A stretch of DNA of 64,000 nt from Gammaproteobacteria bacterium (lineage in GTDB: Bacteria > Pseudomonadota > Gammaproteobacteria > UBA4575). Location of the stretch: assembly GCA_026710875.1 (NCBI GenBank), contig JAPOQE010000113.1, positions 3,144-67,143 of the forward strand, given 5' to 3'. The notes beneath the pieces are model-generated. The model was not told where the DNA came from and ran no database searches. It saw only the letters and a list, made by a program, of their open reading frames with translations. A program made the translations under genes and the position numbers. Shown in pieces: positions 31,078-40,812 of the stretch. Numbering within the stretch: position 1 is the stretch's first letter; each line of letters starts with the position of its first letter.

Positions 31078-32433
31078 CTAATGAGGAGGGGGCATCTTGC
31101 CCTGCATGGACTGCATCATCCTTTGCATCCCTCCCTTCCTGGACGCTTTTTTCATCATTTTCTTCATCTGCAAATGCTGTTTCAGCAAGCGGTTCACATC
31201 CTGTACCTGCGTGCCTGAACCTGCTGCTATCCTTCGCTTTCGAGCATTCTTGATCACATCGGGAAAGCGCCGCTCATGCGGAGTCATCGAAGAAATGATT
31301 GCAATCATTCGCGGCAACATGCGCTCATCCCCCAGTGCGTTGGCATTCTTGGGCAAGCCTGCAGTGCCGGGAATCTTGTCCACCAGGCCCGCCAGGCCCC
31401 CCATGTTCATCATTTGCTCAAGCTGATTTTTCAAGTCGACCAGATCAAAGCCCCTGCCCTTTTTGATTTTCCGGGCCAGTTTTTGTGCCTGTGCCTTGTC
31501 GACTTCCTGCTCAACCTTTTCCACCAGGCTGACAACATCACCCATGCCGAGGATACGCGAGGCGATGCGCTCCGGGTGAAACGGCTCCAGTGCCGTCACT
31601 TTCTCCCCGGTACCGATGAACTTGATCGGCTTGCCCGTGATTTCACGAACGGACAAGGCGGCACCTCCGCGTGCATCACCATCGGCCTTTGTGAGAACAA
31701 CGCCGGTGAGGGGCAGGGTGTCATTGAAGGCCTGGGCCGAGACCGCGGCATCCTGACCACTCATGCTGTCGACCACGAACAGGGTTTCCGCGGGTTGTGC
31801 AGCCGCATGCAGGGCACTGATTTCCTGCATCATGTCCTCGTCGACATGCAAGCGGCCCGCCGTATCGATCAGCAAGACATCCTTGAATTGCTTGCGGGCG
31901 TGGTCCACGGCCCGCTTTGCGATGTCGACCGGGTTTTCCGAGGACTCGCTCTGGATGAACTCGGCACCGACCTGCTGGGCCAGTGTCCTTAGCTGATCAA
32001 TTGCTGCCGGGCGGTATACGTCACAACTGGTGACCGCCACACTCTTTTTCTGCTGTTCACTCAGCCAGCGTGAAAGTTTTGCCACGCTGGTGGTCTTGCC
32101 AGAACCCTGCAGGCCGGCCACCAGGATCACTACTGGAGGCTGTGCCGCAAGCGTCAGTCCCTCGTTGGCATCACCCATGAGATGCACCAGTTCATCATGG
32201 ACGATCTTGATAAAAGACTGGCCCGGTGAAAGACTTTGCAAAACCTCTTCTCCAAGCGCCTTTTGCTTGACCCGGTCTACAAATTCCCGTACCACGGGCA
32301 AGGCTACATCTGCTTCGAGCAGGGCCATACGCACTTCGCGCAAGGTGCTCTCGATATTCTCCTCGGTAAGGCGCGCCTGTCCGCGCAGTTTTTTTACCGT
32401 CCCGGAAAGTCTGCCGGTTAAATTCTCAAACAT
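31078..32433 (-). CDS. ffh: signal recognition particle protein Ffh
   Basis: NG domain GTPase motifs (GLQGSGKTT, DTAGR) and a Met-rich M domain. Confidence 0.97.
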   Translation of the reverse strand: MFENLTGRLSGTVKKLRGQARLTEENIESTLREVRMALLEADVALPVVREFVDRVKQKALGEEVLQSLSPGQSFIKIVHDELVHLMGDANEGLTLAAQPPVVILVAGLQGSGKTTSVAKLSRWLSEQQKKSVAVTSCDVYRPAAIDQLRTLAQQVGAEFIQSESSENPVDIAKRAVDHARKQFKDVLLIDTAGRLHVDEDMMQEISALHAAAQPAETLFVVDSMSGQDAAVSAQAFNDTLPLTGVVLTKADGDARGGAALSVREITGKPIKFIGTGEKVTALEPFHPERIASRILGMGDVVSLVEKVEQEVDKAQAQKLARKIKKGRGFDLVDLKNQLEQMMNMGGLAGLVDKIPGTAGLPKNANALGDERMLPRMIAIISSMTPHERRFPDVIKNARKRRIAAGSGTQVQDVNRLLKQHLQMKKMMKKASRKGGMQRMMQSMQGKMPPPH

Positions 32434-32701
32434 GAGCGTCTATGTACACTGGGTTATGTGGGAAATCTGCCGTATCCGTGGGCCTGCACACAGTATAGTG
32501 GAAACCGGTGCACGGACATGCCCCGGAAGGGCCCGCACGCAAAGGCATTGGTGGATTGGTGCTATCATGCCTGTAAATCTTATTAAAATCTGGCCTGACC
32601 TGCTGCACTTTGTATACTTGTCCATGGAATGATCATCAAGACTTTTATTCTGGAAGGTATATGAAAAGAATATCCCAGACCCGCCCGTACCTTTCACGGC
32701 C

Positions 32702-33529
32702 ATGCCAGGCGTACTGAAATTCGCGGCCATTGCACTCTACGCCCTGGCTTTCGTGGTGATCCTGTGGCGTACGCACAACCTGGATGAAAACAGGCGAGAC
32801 AGCAACCGCAGCCTGATGCTGGCGGCCTGGGGGGCAGCATGCCTTGCACATGCCACGTACCTCTATCCGCACACCTTTACAGCCCAGGGTCTCAACCTCA
32901 CGTTCTATAATGTCGTATCCATTTTGTTTTTTATTGTGGCCGCCCTGATTCTGGTACTGGCCACGGCCCGCAAGGGAGAGCTCCTCGGTCTGCTCGTATT
33001 GCCCCTTGTGATGGTCAGCATTGCATTGACGATCTACAAGCCGGAAGTTGCCGCCTCTACTGTCAATCTGCACGGTCTGCAGCTGCACATTGTCACCTCG
33101 CTTTTCGCCTTCAGCGTTTTGGTCATTTCCGCATTGCAGTCCATACTTTTGTTCTCTCAGGATCGTCACCTGCGCCGACATCAGCTGAGTGGAATGACGC
33201 GTGCCCTGCCGCCCCTGCACGATACAGAGAAGTTCCTGTTCCAGACCATCGCTGTCGGATTCATCCTGTTGAGCGCAGCGCTGATCACCGGATTTCTTTT
33301 CCTCGAAGACATGTTTGAGCAACATGTCGCACACAAGACCATATTATCGGTTCTGGCATGGCTGATCTTCGCCATGCTGCTTTTGGGCCGCTGGCAGTTT
33401 GGATGGCGCGGGTCCATTGCCATGCGCTGGACCTTGGGTGGCTTCGGGTTCTTGCTCCTCGCCTACCTGGGCAGCAAGTTTGTGCAGGAATTGATCCTGC
33501 ACCGGGGGATTTTTGTCCCGGTTACTTGA
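32702..33529 (+). CDS. ypjD: cytochrome c assembly (CcsA-like) inner membrane protein YpjD
   Basis: Polytopic membrane protein divergent from ffh, as in the E. coli ffh/ypjD/yfjD arrangement. Confidence 0.8.
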   Translation: MPGVLKFAAIALYALAFVVILWRTHNLDENRRDSNRSLMLAAWGAACLAHATYLYPHTFTAQGLNLTFYNVVSILFFIVAALILVLATARKGELLGLLVLPLVMVSIALTIYKPEVAASTVNLHGLQLHIVTSLFAFSVLVISALQSILLFSQDRHLRRHQLSGMTRALPPLHDTEKFLFQTIAVGFILLSAALITGFLFLEDMFEQHVAHKTILSVLAWLIFAMLLLGRWQFGWRGSIAMRWTLGGFGFLLLAYLGSKFVQELILHRGIFVPVT

Positions 33530-33589
33530 CAATACCAGCAGTACAGCCGTTAATGTAAGCATCAGTATCAGTGGAGGGTCGCGTAGACC

Positions 33590-34867
33590 TTGGACGACTA
33601 TTCGATAGGCACACTGTCTTTAGTGTTGTTTATTTTATTTATCCTCTCGGCATTTTTCTCAGGCTCGGAAACCGCACTGATGGCGCTGGATCGCTATCGC
33701 CTGCGTCACATGGCCCGCACTGGAAAGCGGGGTGCAAAACAGGCGCAAAAACTGCTTGAAAACCCGGATCGCCTCATTGGCCTGATCCTGCTAGGTAACA
33801 ATGTGGTCAACATCCTGATCGCACAGCTGTCTGCCTACATCGGCTACCGCCTGCATGGGGACATTGGAATTGCGGTAGCAACGTTTATCCTGATTTTCGT
33901 CATTCTGATATTTGCTGAACTCACTCCGAAAACCGTTGCAGCACTGCATGCGGAAAAAGTCGCACTGCCTGCTGCCATGGTGTACGTGCCATTGCTTGCC
34001 ATGACCTACCCCTTTGTCTGGACAGTGAACCTGTTTGCCAATTCCTTGCTGCGACTGTTCGGGATAGATGTCAAAAACAGTCCCCTCAACTCACTGAGCC
34101 ATGAAGAATTGCGCACCGTGGTGGATGATGAACACACCTCCCTGTCCAGCGAACACCAGCAGATGCTGTTAGGGGTTCTTGATCTTGAAAAGATCACGGT
34201 TGAGGACATCATGATCCCCAAAAACGAGATTGTCGCACTCGATCTGGAAGATGACTGGGAAGATGTCGTCTCGCAGCTGAAAAATATCTCCTACACACGA
34301 ATCCCTGTTTGCCGCGGTAACATCGACAATGTCGTCGGCTTTTTGCATGTGCGCAAATTGCTGATCAAAATCATCCACAAGGAGATCGAACTCGAAGATC
34401 TGAGCCAGGCACTGCGCGAGCCCTACTTCATCCCGGAAGGGACCAACCTGAAAAAACTCCTGTTCGAATTGCAGGACAAGAAAAGGCGCTTCAGCCTCGT
34501 CGTGGATGAATTCGGCGACATCCAGGGGCTGGTCACCCTGGAAGACCTGCTTGAGGAAATTGTCGGAGAGTTCACCAATGACCCGGCTACCTATGACGTC
34601 GAGATTCACCCCCAGCAGGATGGCACCTTTTTCGTGGACGGCGGCACACACATACGCGATGTCAACAAGGCACTCAATGTAAAACTGCATGATCATGGCC
34701 CGAAAACCATCAATGGCCTGATTCTGGAGCAGATGGAATCCATACCGGAACCGGGTACCACAGTACTGATCGACGGCTATCCGATCGAAGTCGTGCGCAT
34801 TCACAAGAACGCCGTTCGCACTGCCAGGATCAGTCCGCAACTGCGCAAGCATCAAGAGGCCGTCTAG
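33590..34867 (+). CDS. HlyC/CorC (CNNM) family transporter, DUF21-CBS-CorC
   Basis: N-terminal DUF21 TM domain, CBS pair and CorC_HlyC C-terminal domain. Confidence 0.85.
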   Translation: MDDYSIGTLSLVLFILFILSAFFSGSETALMALDRYRLRHMARTGKRGAKQAQKLLENPDRLIGLILLGNNVVNILIAQLSAYIGYRLHGDIGIAVATFILIFVILIFAELTPKTVAALHAEKVALPAAMVYVPLLAMTYPFVWTVNLFANSLLRLFGIDVKNSPLNSLSHEELRTVVDDEHTSLSSEHQQMLLGVLDLEKITVEDIMIPKNEIVALDLEDDWEDVVSQLKNISYTRIPVCRGNIDNVVGFLHVRKLLIKIIHKEIELEDLSQALREPYFIPEGTNLKKLLFELQDKKRRFSLVVDEFGDIQGLVTLEDLLEEIVGEFTNDPATYDVEIHPQQDGTFFVDGGTHIRDVNKALNVKLHDHGPKTINGLILEQMESIPEPGTTVLIDGYPIEVVRIHKNAVRTARISPQLRKHQEAV

Positions 34868-34925
34868 CCCAGGATTCCTGTTGTACAGCCCAAAGATGCA
34901 CCCGCCTCTCGGGTACAATACTCAA

Positions 34926-36278
34926 ATGGCCAAAGAATTAAGCTTTGCATGTACTGAATGCTCGGGTCTTTTCACCAAGTGGACCGGCCAGTGTCCGAAC
35001 TGCGGCGCCTGGAACACGATTGAGAAGCAGTCGGCTGTGCTGCGCCAAAACAAGGCGGTTTCGCTGCTGCATGCAGGGGACGTTTCCGAAATCCAGGCCG
35101 TCAGCGAAATTTCCTTCGAATCACAGGACCGCACGCACACCACCCTTGCAGAACTCGACCGGGTACTGGGTGGCGGGATCGTCACGGGTTCCGTGGTGCT
35201 GGTCGGAGGAAATCCGGGTATCGGTAAATCGACCCTGTTGCTGCAGGTCCTGTGCGCCCTCGAACACCAGCGGGCGCTGTACGTGACCGGTGAAGAGTCC
35301 CTGCAGCAAGTCGCGCTTCGGGCTGAACGGCTCGGCTTCAAGAATGCGCCATTGCGCGTATTGGCCTCGACCCGGCTCGAGGAAATCCTGGCCTGTGCCA
35401 TGCGGGAGCGCCCGAGCATCATGGTGATCGACTCGATCCAGTCGCTGGCTTCCGAGAATTCACCTTCGGCCGCAGGCTCGATTTCCCAGGTGCGCGAATG
35501 CGCCAACAGGATTACCCAATTCGCCAAACAAACCGACACCACGGTCTTCGTGATTGGGCATGTCACTAAGGAAGGCTCGATTGCAGGCCCCCGAGTGCTG
35601 GAGCATGTAGTCGACACGGTGCTGTATTTCGAGGGAGACGAAGGCGGTCGTTACCGGGTGTTGCGGGCTGCCAAAAACCGCTTTGGGGCAGTGAACGAGT
35701 TGGGCGTCTTCGTCATGCAGGATACGGGCCTGAAAGGGGTCAAGAATCCGTCGGCCATATTTTTGTCGCGCCGCGCCAACATCGCACCGGGCAGCGTGAT
35801 CACCGTGACCTGCGAGGCGACACGTCCCTTGCTGCTGGAAGTGCAGACCCTGGTGGAGGACACCCCGGCTTCGCATCCGAAGCGGGTTGCCCTCGGGATC
35901 GACCAGAACCGGTTGACCATGCTGCTGGCGATATTACACCGCCATGGCGGTGTGGATATCTATGACAAGGACGTATTTGTGAACATCGTCGGAGGCGTCC
36001 AGCTGAAGGAAACCGGAGCCGACCTGGCGGTATTGCTGGCCACCTACTCCAGCTTCAAAAATCTCACGCTGGACCGCGGGCTTGCCGCCTTCGGTGAAAT
36101 CGGGCTTACCGGCGAGGTTCGCCCGGTCTATAACGGGCTGGCCCGGTTGAAGGAAGCGCGGGAACACGGGGTCACCAAAGTCATCATACCCGAGGCCAAC
36201 CAGCCCAAGACCCGGCTTCCCGGACTGGAAATCATTGCCATCAACCAACTCGCCGAAGCGGTGGGGCACATTGCCTAG
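34926..36278 (+). CDS. radA: DNA repair protein RadA/Sms
   Basis: Zn ribbon CxxC..CxxC (CTECSGLF..CPNCGAW), RecA-like Walker A GNPGIGKST, KNRFG motif and Lon-like C-terminus. Start at MAKEL (34926). Confidence 0.95.
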   Translation: MAKELSFACTECSGLFTKWTGQCPNCGAWNTIEKQSAVLRQNKAVSLLHAGDVSEIQAVSEISFESQDRTHTTLAELDRVLGGGIVTGSVVLVGGNPGIGKSTLLLQVLCALEHQRALYVTGEESLQQVALRAERLGFKNAPLRVLASTRLEEILACAMRERPSIMVIDSIQSLASENSPSAAGSISQVRECANRITQFAKQTDTTVFVIGHVTKEGSIAGPRVLEHVVDTVLYFEGDEGGRYRVLRAAKNRFGAVNELGVFVMQDTGLKGVKNPSAIFLSRRANIAPGSVITVTCEATRPLLLEVQTLVEDTPASHPKRVALGIDQNRLTMLLAILHRHGGVDIYDKDVFVNIVGGVQLKETGADLAVLLATYSSFKNLTLDRGLAAFGEIGLTGEVRPVYNGLARLKEAREHGVTKVIIPEANQPKTRLPGLEIIAINQLAEAVGHIA

Positions 36279-36282
36279 TACC

Positions 36283-37152
36283 ATGGACCAGCCGTACCGA
36301 CCCAAGATGTCTCAACAGGGGCTCGCGCCTACCCATGCCGTGACGGTCACCAACCAGTTCCACAAGCAGCAGGAAGTGCATGTGGCAGGTGAATCTCCCC
36401 TGACCCTGAAGGTCAACGGGCGCGAGCTTGTCACCCTGATGACGCTGGGCACCCATCCGGAAGAACTCGCTCTCGGCTATCTGCGCAACCAGCGCCTGCT
36501 GGAAAATATATCGGACATTGCCACCGTGGACGTGAACTGGGAGAAGGAAACCGTCGAGATCATGACCCATGAGGGCCGGGAAATCACTGACTGGGAAGAA
36601 AAGCTGAGCAACCGTACGGTGACTTCGGGTTGCGGACAGGGCACGGTCTTCAGTTGCACTCTGGACAAGCTGTACGATGCACGGCTGCCTCAGGTGTCCC
36701 TGAAGCAGTCGAAAATCTATGATCTGCTGACCGCCATCACACGATTCAATGACATTTACAAACGTGCAGGCGCTGTGCATGGTTGTGCACTTTGCCTCGG
36801 AACTGAAATCCTGAAATTTGTCGAGGACGTCGGCCGGCACAATGCCGCGGATGCCATCTCGGGATGGATGTGGCTGGAACGGGTTACCGGCGCCGACAAG
36901 ATTTTCTATACCACTGGCCGCCTGACCTCGGAGATGGTCATGAAATCGGCACACATGGGCATCCCGGTATTGCTGTCACGATCGGGGGTCACCCACATGG
37001 GGCTGGAGCTTGCGCGTGATCTGGGCATCGTCATGATTGCACGCGCTAAGGGGCGCGCATTTCTCGTCTACCATGGTGCAGCGCAGATAGAATTCGATGC
37101 CCGTCCAAAGCCCCCTCCCCCTTCGCCCAAGGGCATGCCAAAACGCCAGTGA
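36283..37152 (+). CDS. fdhD: formate dehydrogenase accessory sulfurtransferase FdhD
   Basis: SGCGQG (catalytic Cys) and VGRHNA motifs of FdhD. Start at MDQPYRP, right after radA. Confidence 0.85.
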   Translation: MDQPYRPKMSQQGLAPTHAVTVTNQFHKQQEVHVAGESPLTLKVNGRELVTLMTLGTHPEELALGYLRNQRLLENISDIATVDVNWEKETVEIMTHEGREITDWEEKLSNRTVTSGCGQGTVFSCTLDKLYDARLPQVSLKQSKIYDLLTAITRFNDIYKRAGAVHGCALCLGTEILKFVEDVGRHNAADAISGWMWLERVTGADKIFYTTGRLTSEMVMKSAHMGIPVLLSRSGVTHMGLELARDLGIVMIARAKGRAFLVYHGAAQIEFDARPKPPPPSPKGMPKRQ

Positions 37153-37185
37153 CTCCAGCCAGGTGTGCGGGCTGTAAACCGGAAA

Positions 37186-37998
37186 CTACTGGACGGATTC
37201 CAGTACTCTCGAGAGCGGTCGAATCACGAGGCTGACCAGAAAAAGGATCAGCGCCATGACGACAATCGTAGGACCGGAAGGCGTATCCAGCACCAAAGAG
37301 CCGTACATGCCCCCACTTGAGGCCAGCATGCCGATCACGGCTGCAAGTACCGCCATTTGCTCGGGTGTGCGGGACAGGGACTGTGCTGCCGCAGCCGGGA
37401 TGATCAGCAAGGCCACAATCAAAAGTACACCCACCACTTTCATGCCGGCGGCCACGGCACCGGCGATGAGGATCATGTAGATGATCTGGCTACGTTCAAC
37501 CGGGCTGTCTTCTGCACGCGCCAGGTCTTCATGCACGGTAAGTGCGACAAGCGGGCGCCATATATAGGCCAGTACCGCCAGGCAAACAAGACCGCCAGCC
37601 CAAACGACGATGAGATCACCTCGGGTCACGGCAAGCACATCGCCGAATAGATAGCTCAACAGCCCATGCCCGAGTGTTGAACCGGAAAGCGCCAGGATCA
37701 CCACCCCCAGGGCCAGGGCACTGTGAGACAGCAACCCAAGCAGGGTATCACTCGCCAGATGAACGACTTTTTGCAGAAACAACAGCGACAGGGCAGCAAT
37801 AAATACGATGGCAAAGACGCTCACAATCGGTGAGGTGCCAAGGATGATTCCAAGCGCGACACCAAGCAAGGCCGAGTGCGCCATGGTATCCCCAAAATAC
37901 GCCATCCTGCGCCACAGCAGGAAACAGCCCAGCGGGCCGGCAACAGCGCCTATACCGACTGAAACCAGAAGTGCTCGAACAAAAAAATCATCCAGCAT
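37186..37998 (-). CDS. znuB: zinc ABC transporter permease ZnuB
   Basis: ABC-3 permease. Start at the in-frame MLDDFF, overlapping the znuC stop. Confidence 0.9.
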   Translation of the reverse strand: MLDDFFVRALLVSVGIGAVAGPLGCFLLWRRMAYFGDTMAHSALLGVALGIILGTSPIVSVFAIVFIAALSLLFLQKVVHLASDTLLGLLSHSALALGVVILALSGSTLGHGLLSYLFGDVLAVTRGDLIVVWAGGLVCLAVLAYIWRPLVALTVHEDLARAEDSPVERSQIIYMILIAGAVAAGMKVVGVLLIVALLIIPAAAAQSLSRTPEQMAVLAAVIGMLASSGGMYGSLVLDTPSGPTIVVMALILFLVSLVIRPLSRVLESVQ

Positions 37999-38833
37999 CC
38001 CGTTGCCCCCCTGGGTGGGGCATGCGGCGATACGTATTTTCGCCCGTAGCCGCAACGACTTCTCCGGATACAGGAACCACCGCCTCCGGAACCGGTACAA
38101 CGTCGGCGGATTCGTGTACATGATCGTGGCTGTGCTGATAAAGTGCAGTCACGGCCCCTGCACGCGTACCGAACAGCCGCTGAAACTCGTCATGCCCGAC
38201 AACCTCCTGTGGCACTCCGGTGCAGCAGATGTGATGGTTCAGACACACGACCCGATCCGTTGCAGCCATCACGATATGAAGGTCGTGGCTTACCATCAGC
38301 ACACCGCAGCCATGGCGCCCGACGATTTCTGCAATTAGCGCATACAGGTCCGCTTCACCAATATAATCCACTCCCTGTACCGGCTCATCCAGAATCAGCA
38401 AGTCGGGATGGCGCAGCAGTGCACGTGACAATAAAACCCTTCGCAACTCACCGCCCGAAAGATCCGACATGCGGGCCTCGATCAGCTTCTCGGCTCCGGT
38501 TTCTTCCAGCGCGGCCTTGATGGCATTCAGTGAGGGTCGACCCGTCAACCCCATCATGCGCTTTACCGAGATTGGCATGGTCGAGTTCAGATGCAAATGC
38601 TGGGGCACATACCCCACCCGGACAGAAGTGTCCCGCTGCACACGACCGGAATCCGGTTGCAGCAAGCCGAGCAACACCCGGACCAGTGTGGTTTTTCCAG
38701 CGCCATTCGGGCCGATCAGGGTCACGACCTCACCTCGGTCCACGCTGATATCGATAGCGTGAAGAAGCTGGCGCCCTTTCCTGCGAATGCTGACTCCGCG
38801 GGCCTCGATCAATCGGGTACTTTCAGTATTCAA
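37988..38833 (-). CDS. znuC: zinc ABC transporter ATP-binding protein ZnuC
   Basis: Walker A GPNGAGKTT, signature LSGGELRR, Walker B LLILDEP and His-rich C-terminus. Confidence 0.9.
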   Translation of the reverse strand: MNTESTRLIEARGVSIRRKGRQLLHAIDISVDRGEVVTLIGPNGAGKTTLVRVLLGLLQPDSGRVQRDTSVRVGYVPQHLHLNSTMPISVKRMMGLTGRPSLNAIKAALEETGAEKLIEARMSDLSGGELRRVLLSRALLRHPDLLILDEPVQGVDYIGEADLYALIAEIVGRHGCGVLMVSHDLHIVMAATDRVVCLNHHICCTGVPQEVVGHDEFQRLFGTRAGAVTALYQHSHDHVHESADVVPVPEAVVPVSGEVVAATGENTYRRMPHPGGQRDAG

Positions 38834-39339
38834 TGGCCTGCCTCATCGGGTGTTGGTGCATGGGTGCATTCCGGGCAAAGGCCACGGGCCTCAATCACCT
38901 GGGAGTGAAGTTCAAAACCGGAATGTTTGGCCAGATCGGTGATGACATCCTGCATCTGTCCAGCCTCGACTTCAGCGGCCTTTTTGCACAACTCACACAC
39001 CAGGAATAGTGTGCAGCGGTGGCGTCCAGGCCGATTGCACGCGAGATAAGCATTGGAACTTTCAATACGGTGCACGAGGCCGATGGATTCCAGAAACTCA
39101 AGCGCACGGTATATCTGGGAGGGCGCGGGTCTTCTCCCTTTCCAGTCGAATTGCTCCATGATCTCGTAGACCCCCAACGGGCGATGATCGGCAAGCAACA
39201 GTTCCAGAACAGAACGGCGATTCTCTGTAAAGCGTACATTGCGACTTTCGCATTCCGCTTCCGCATGCTCCATGCCCGCAAGAATGCAGGCCTCATGGTC
39301 ATGCTGGCGTTCCGGGAAATAGGTCTTCTTCATCGGCAT
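38830..39339 (-). CDS. zur: zinc uptake regulator Zur (Fur family)
   Basis: Fur-family wHTH and C-terminal CxxC...CPEC metal sites. It heads the zur-znuC-znuB operon. Confidence 0.85.
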   Translation of the reverse strand: MPMKKTYFPERQHDHEACILAGMEHAEAECESRNVRFTENRRSVLELLLADHRPLGVYEIMEQFDWKGRRPAPSQIYRALEFLESIGLVHRIESSNAYLACNRPGRHRCTLFLVCELCKKAAEVEAGQMQDVITDLAKHSGFELHSQVIEARGLCPECTHAPTPDEAGH

Positions 39340-39396
39340 GGCTTGTCCAAAAGAAAAATGGCTGGATGGAACGCGCGTGTTGTCTGCGCTACATCG

Positions 39397-39429
39397 TTGA
39401 TAATACTATAGTATAACATATTGATTATC
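39397..39429. promoter_or_regulatory. putative Zur box / operator upstream of zur-znuCB
   Basis: AT-rich inverted repeat TTGATAATACTATAGTATAACATATTGATTATC (GATAAT...ATTATC arms, inner TAATACTATAGTATA palindrome). It resembles gammaproteobacterial Zur boxes (core ...GTTATAWTATAAC...) and sits about 60-90 nt upstream of zur. Confidence 0.45.
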
Positions 39430-39656
39430 TTCGATCGGGCAGGTTGGGCCACGGGACCCCTTGGAGTGGCGCCGTAGGTCTGGGTCTGCTAAACCGGCGT
39501 GCTATTATATGCATGACAACAGGCTGGGTGATACGCTGTATTCAGGGTGTTGTGTGTCGATCTGCACGGATCGCCTATCCACATCCCTTGAATGCTCTGC
39601 AAGTGGCCCGGCTGTTCTTCCTGCCATAATCACTACAAAAAGCTACAACACGAATC

Positions 39657-39887
39657 ATGGATTTTGAAAAATCATTGAAACAGCTTGAAGAACTGGTCGA
39701 CAAGCTGGAAAAAGGGGGCTTGTCCCTGGAAGAGTCGCTCAAATGCTTCGAGCAGGGCGTCAAGCTCACGCGCCAGTGCCGGGAGGCATTGCAGAAAGCA
39801 GAGCAGAAGATTTCAGTTTTGAGCAAGGAAAACGGGGACTGGACGGAAAAGAATTTCGATGACGGAGAAGGGCTTGAAAAAGATTGA
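39657..39887 (+). CDS. xseB: exodeoxyribonuclease VII small subunit
   Basis: 76 aa with the [26 protein letters not shown] coiled-coil. It precedes ispA-dxs. Confidence 0.9.
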   Translation: MDFEKSLKQLEELVDKLEKGGLSLEESLKCFEQGVKLTRQCREALQKAEQKISVLSKENGDWTEKNFDDGEGLEKD

Positions 39888-40761
39888 TGAGATCCTCGAT
39901 CTGTATGCTGGGCGTGTCAATCAACAACTGGAAAGCAGGCTTCCTTTAGCATCGGAGCCCCCTTCGGTACTGCATGATGCCATGCGGTATGCTGTACTGG
40001 GACACGGCAAGCGCATCCGCCCGGTGTTGTTGTATGCGACAGGCGAAGCGCTGAATGTCCCCCTGGATAAGCTGGACTGCGCGGCTTGCGCTGTCGAGTT
40101 GATCCATGGCTACTCCCTGATTCATGACGACCTGCCGGCCATGGACGACGATGATCTGCGGCGCGGCCAACCCACGTGCCACAAAGCCTTCGGAGAAGCA
40201 AATGCAATCCTGGCAGGTGATGCCCTCCAGGGCCTTGCCTTTTCCGTGCTGGCCAACGATCCGGCAAATCCCCCGGACAGGCGCATGAAGATGGTCAGCC
40301 TTCTAAGCCATCATGCAGGTTCACGGGGCATGGTAGGAGGCCAGGCCATCGATCTTGCTGCCGTCAACAAAACCCTCGATGAAGCCGAACTGGATAACAT
40401 GCACCGCCTCAAAACCGGTGCCATGATCAAAACCAGTGTGTTGATGGCAGTAATTGCAAGCGAGTTGAACACCCCCGACGTATACGAGCGGTTTTCACGC
40501 TTCGCCGATTGCATAGGCCTGCTGTTCCAGATTCGTGATGACATCCTGGACATTCAGAGTGACACAGAGATTCTGGGCAAACCCCAGGGATCCGATGCGG
40601 CCCAGAACAAACCGACCTACCCGAGCACCGTGGGGATGGAGCATGCCGAACACAAGGTCGAGCAGCTGTTCAGGCAGGCTTGCGATGAAATCGACCATCT
40701 GGATTTCCAATGGAATTCTCTGTACGCTGTAATCGAATACATAATAAAACGTATCTCGTAG
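39859..40761 (+). CDS. ispA: (2E,6E)-farnesyl diphosphate synthase
   Basis: FARM and SARM motifs ([26 protein letters not shown]). Confidence 0.9.
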   Translation: MTEKGLKKIDEILDLYAGRVNQQLESRLPLASEPPSVLHDAMRYAVLGHGKRIRPVLLYATGEALNVPLDKLDCAACAVELIHGYSLIHDDLPAMDDDDLRRGQPTCHKAFGEANAILAGDALQGLAFSVLANDPANPPDRRMKMVSLLSHHAGSRGMVGGQAIDLAAVNKTLDEAELDNMHRLKTGAMIKTSVLMAVIASELNTPDVYERFSRFADCIGLLFQIRDDILDIQSDTEILGKPQGSDAAQNKPTYPSTVGMEHAEHKVEQLFRQACDEIDHLDFQWNSLYAVIEYIIKRIS

Positions 40762-40812
40762 TGCCATGCATATGGCCTGCTGACTGCCATTGACCTGATT
40801 GTATCGATTATT

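Noticed and set aside
31276-31992. 238-aa ORF antisense to ffh
   Set aside because: ffh is unambiguous. The antisense ORF is an artefact of GC-rich coding sequence.
34169-35617. 249-aa ORF antisense to the corB-like gene and 231-aa ORF antisense to radA
   Set aside because: Both overlap strongly supported genes on the opposite strand.
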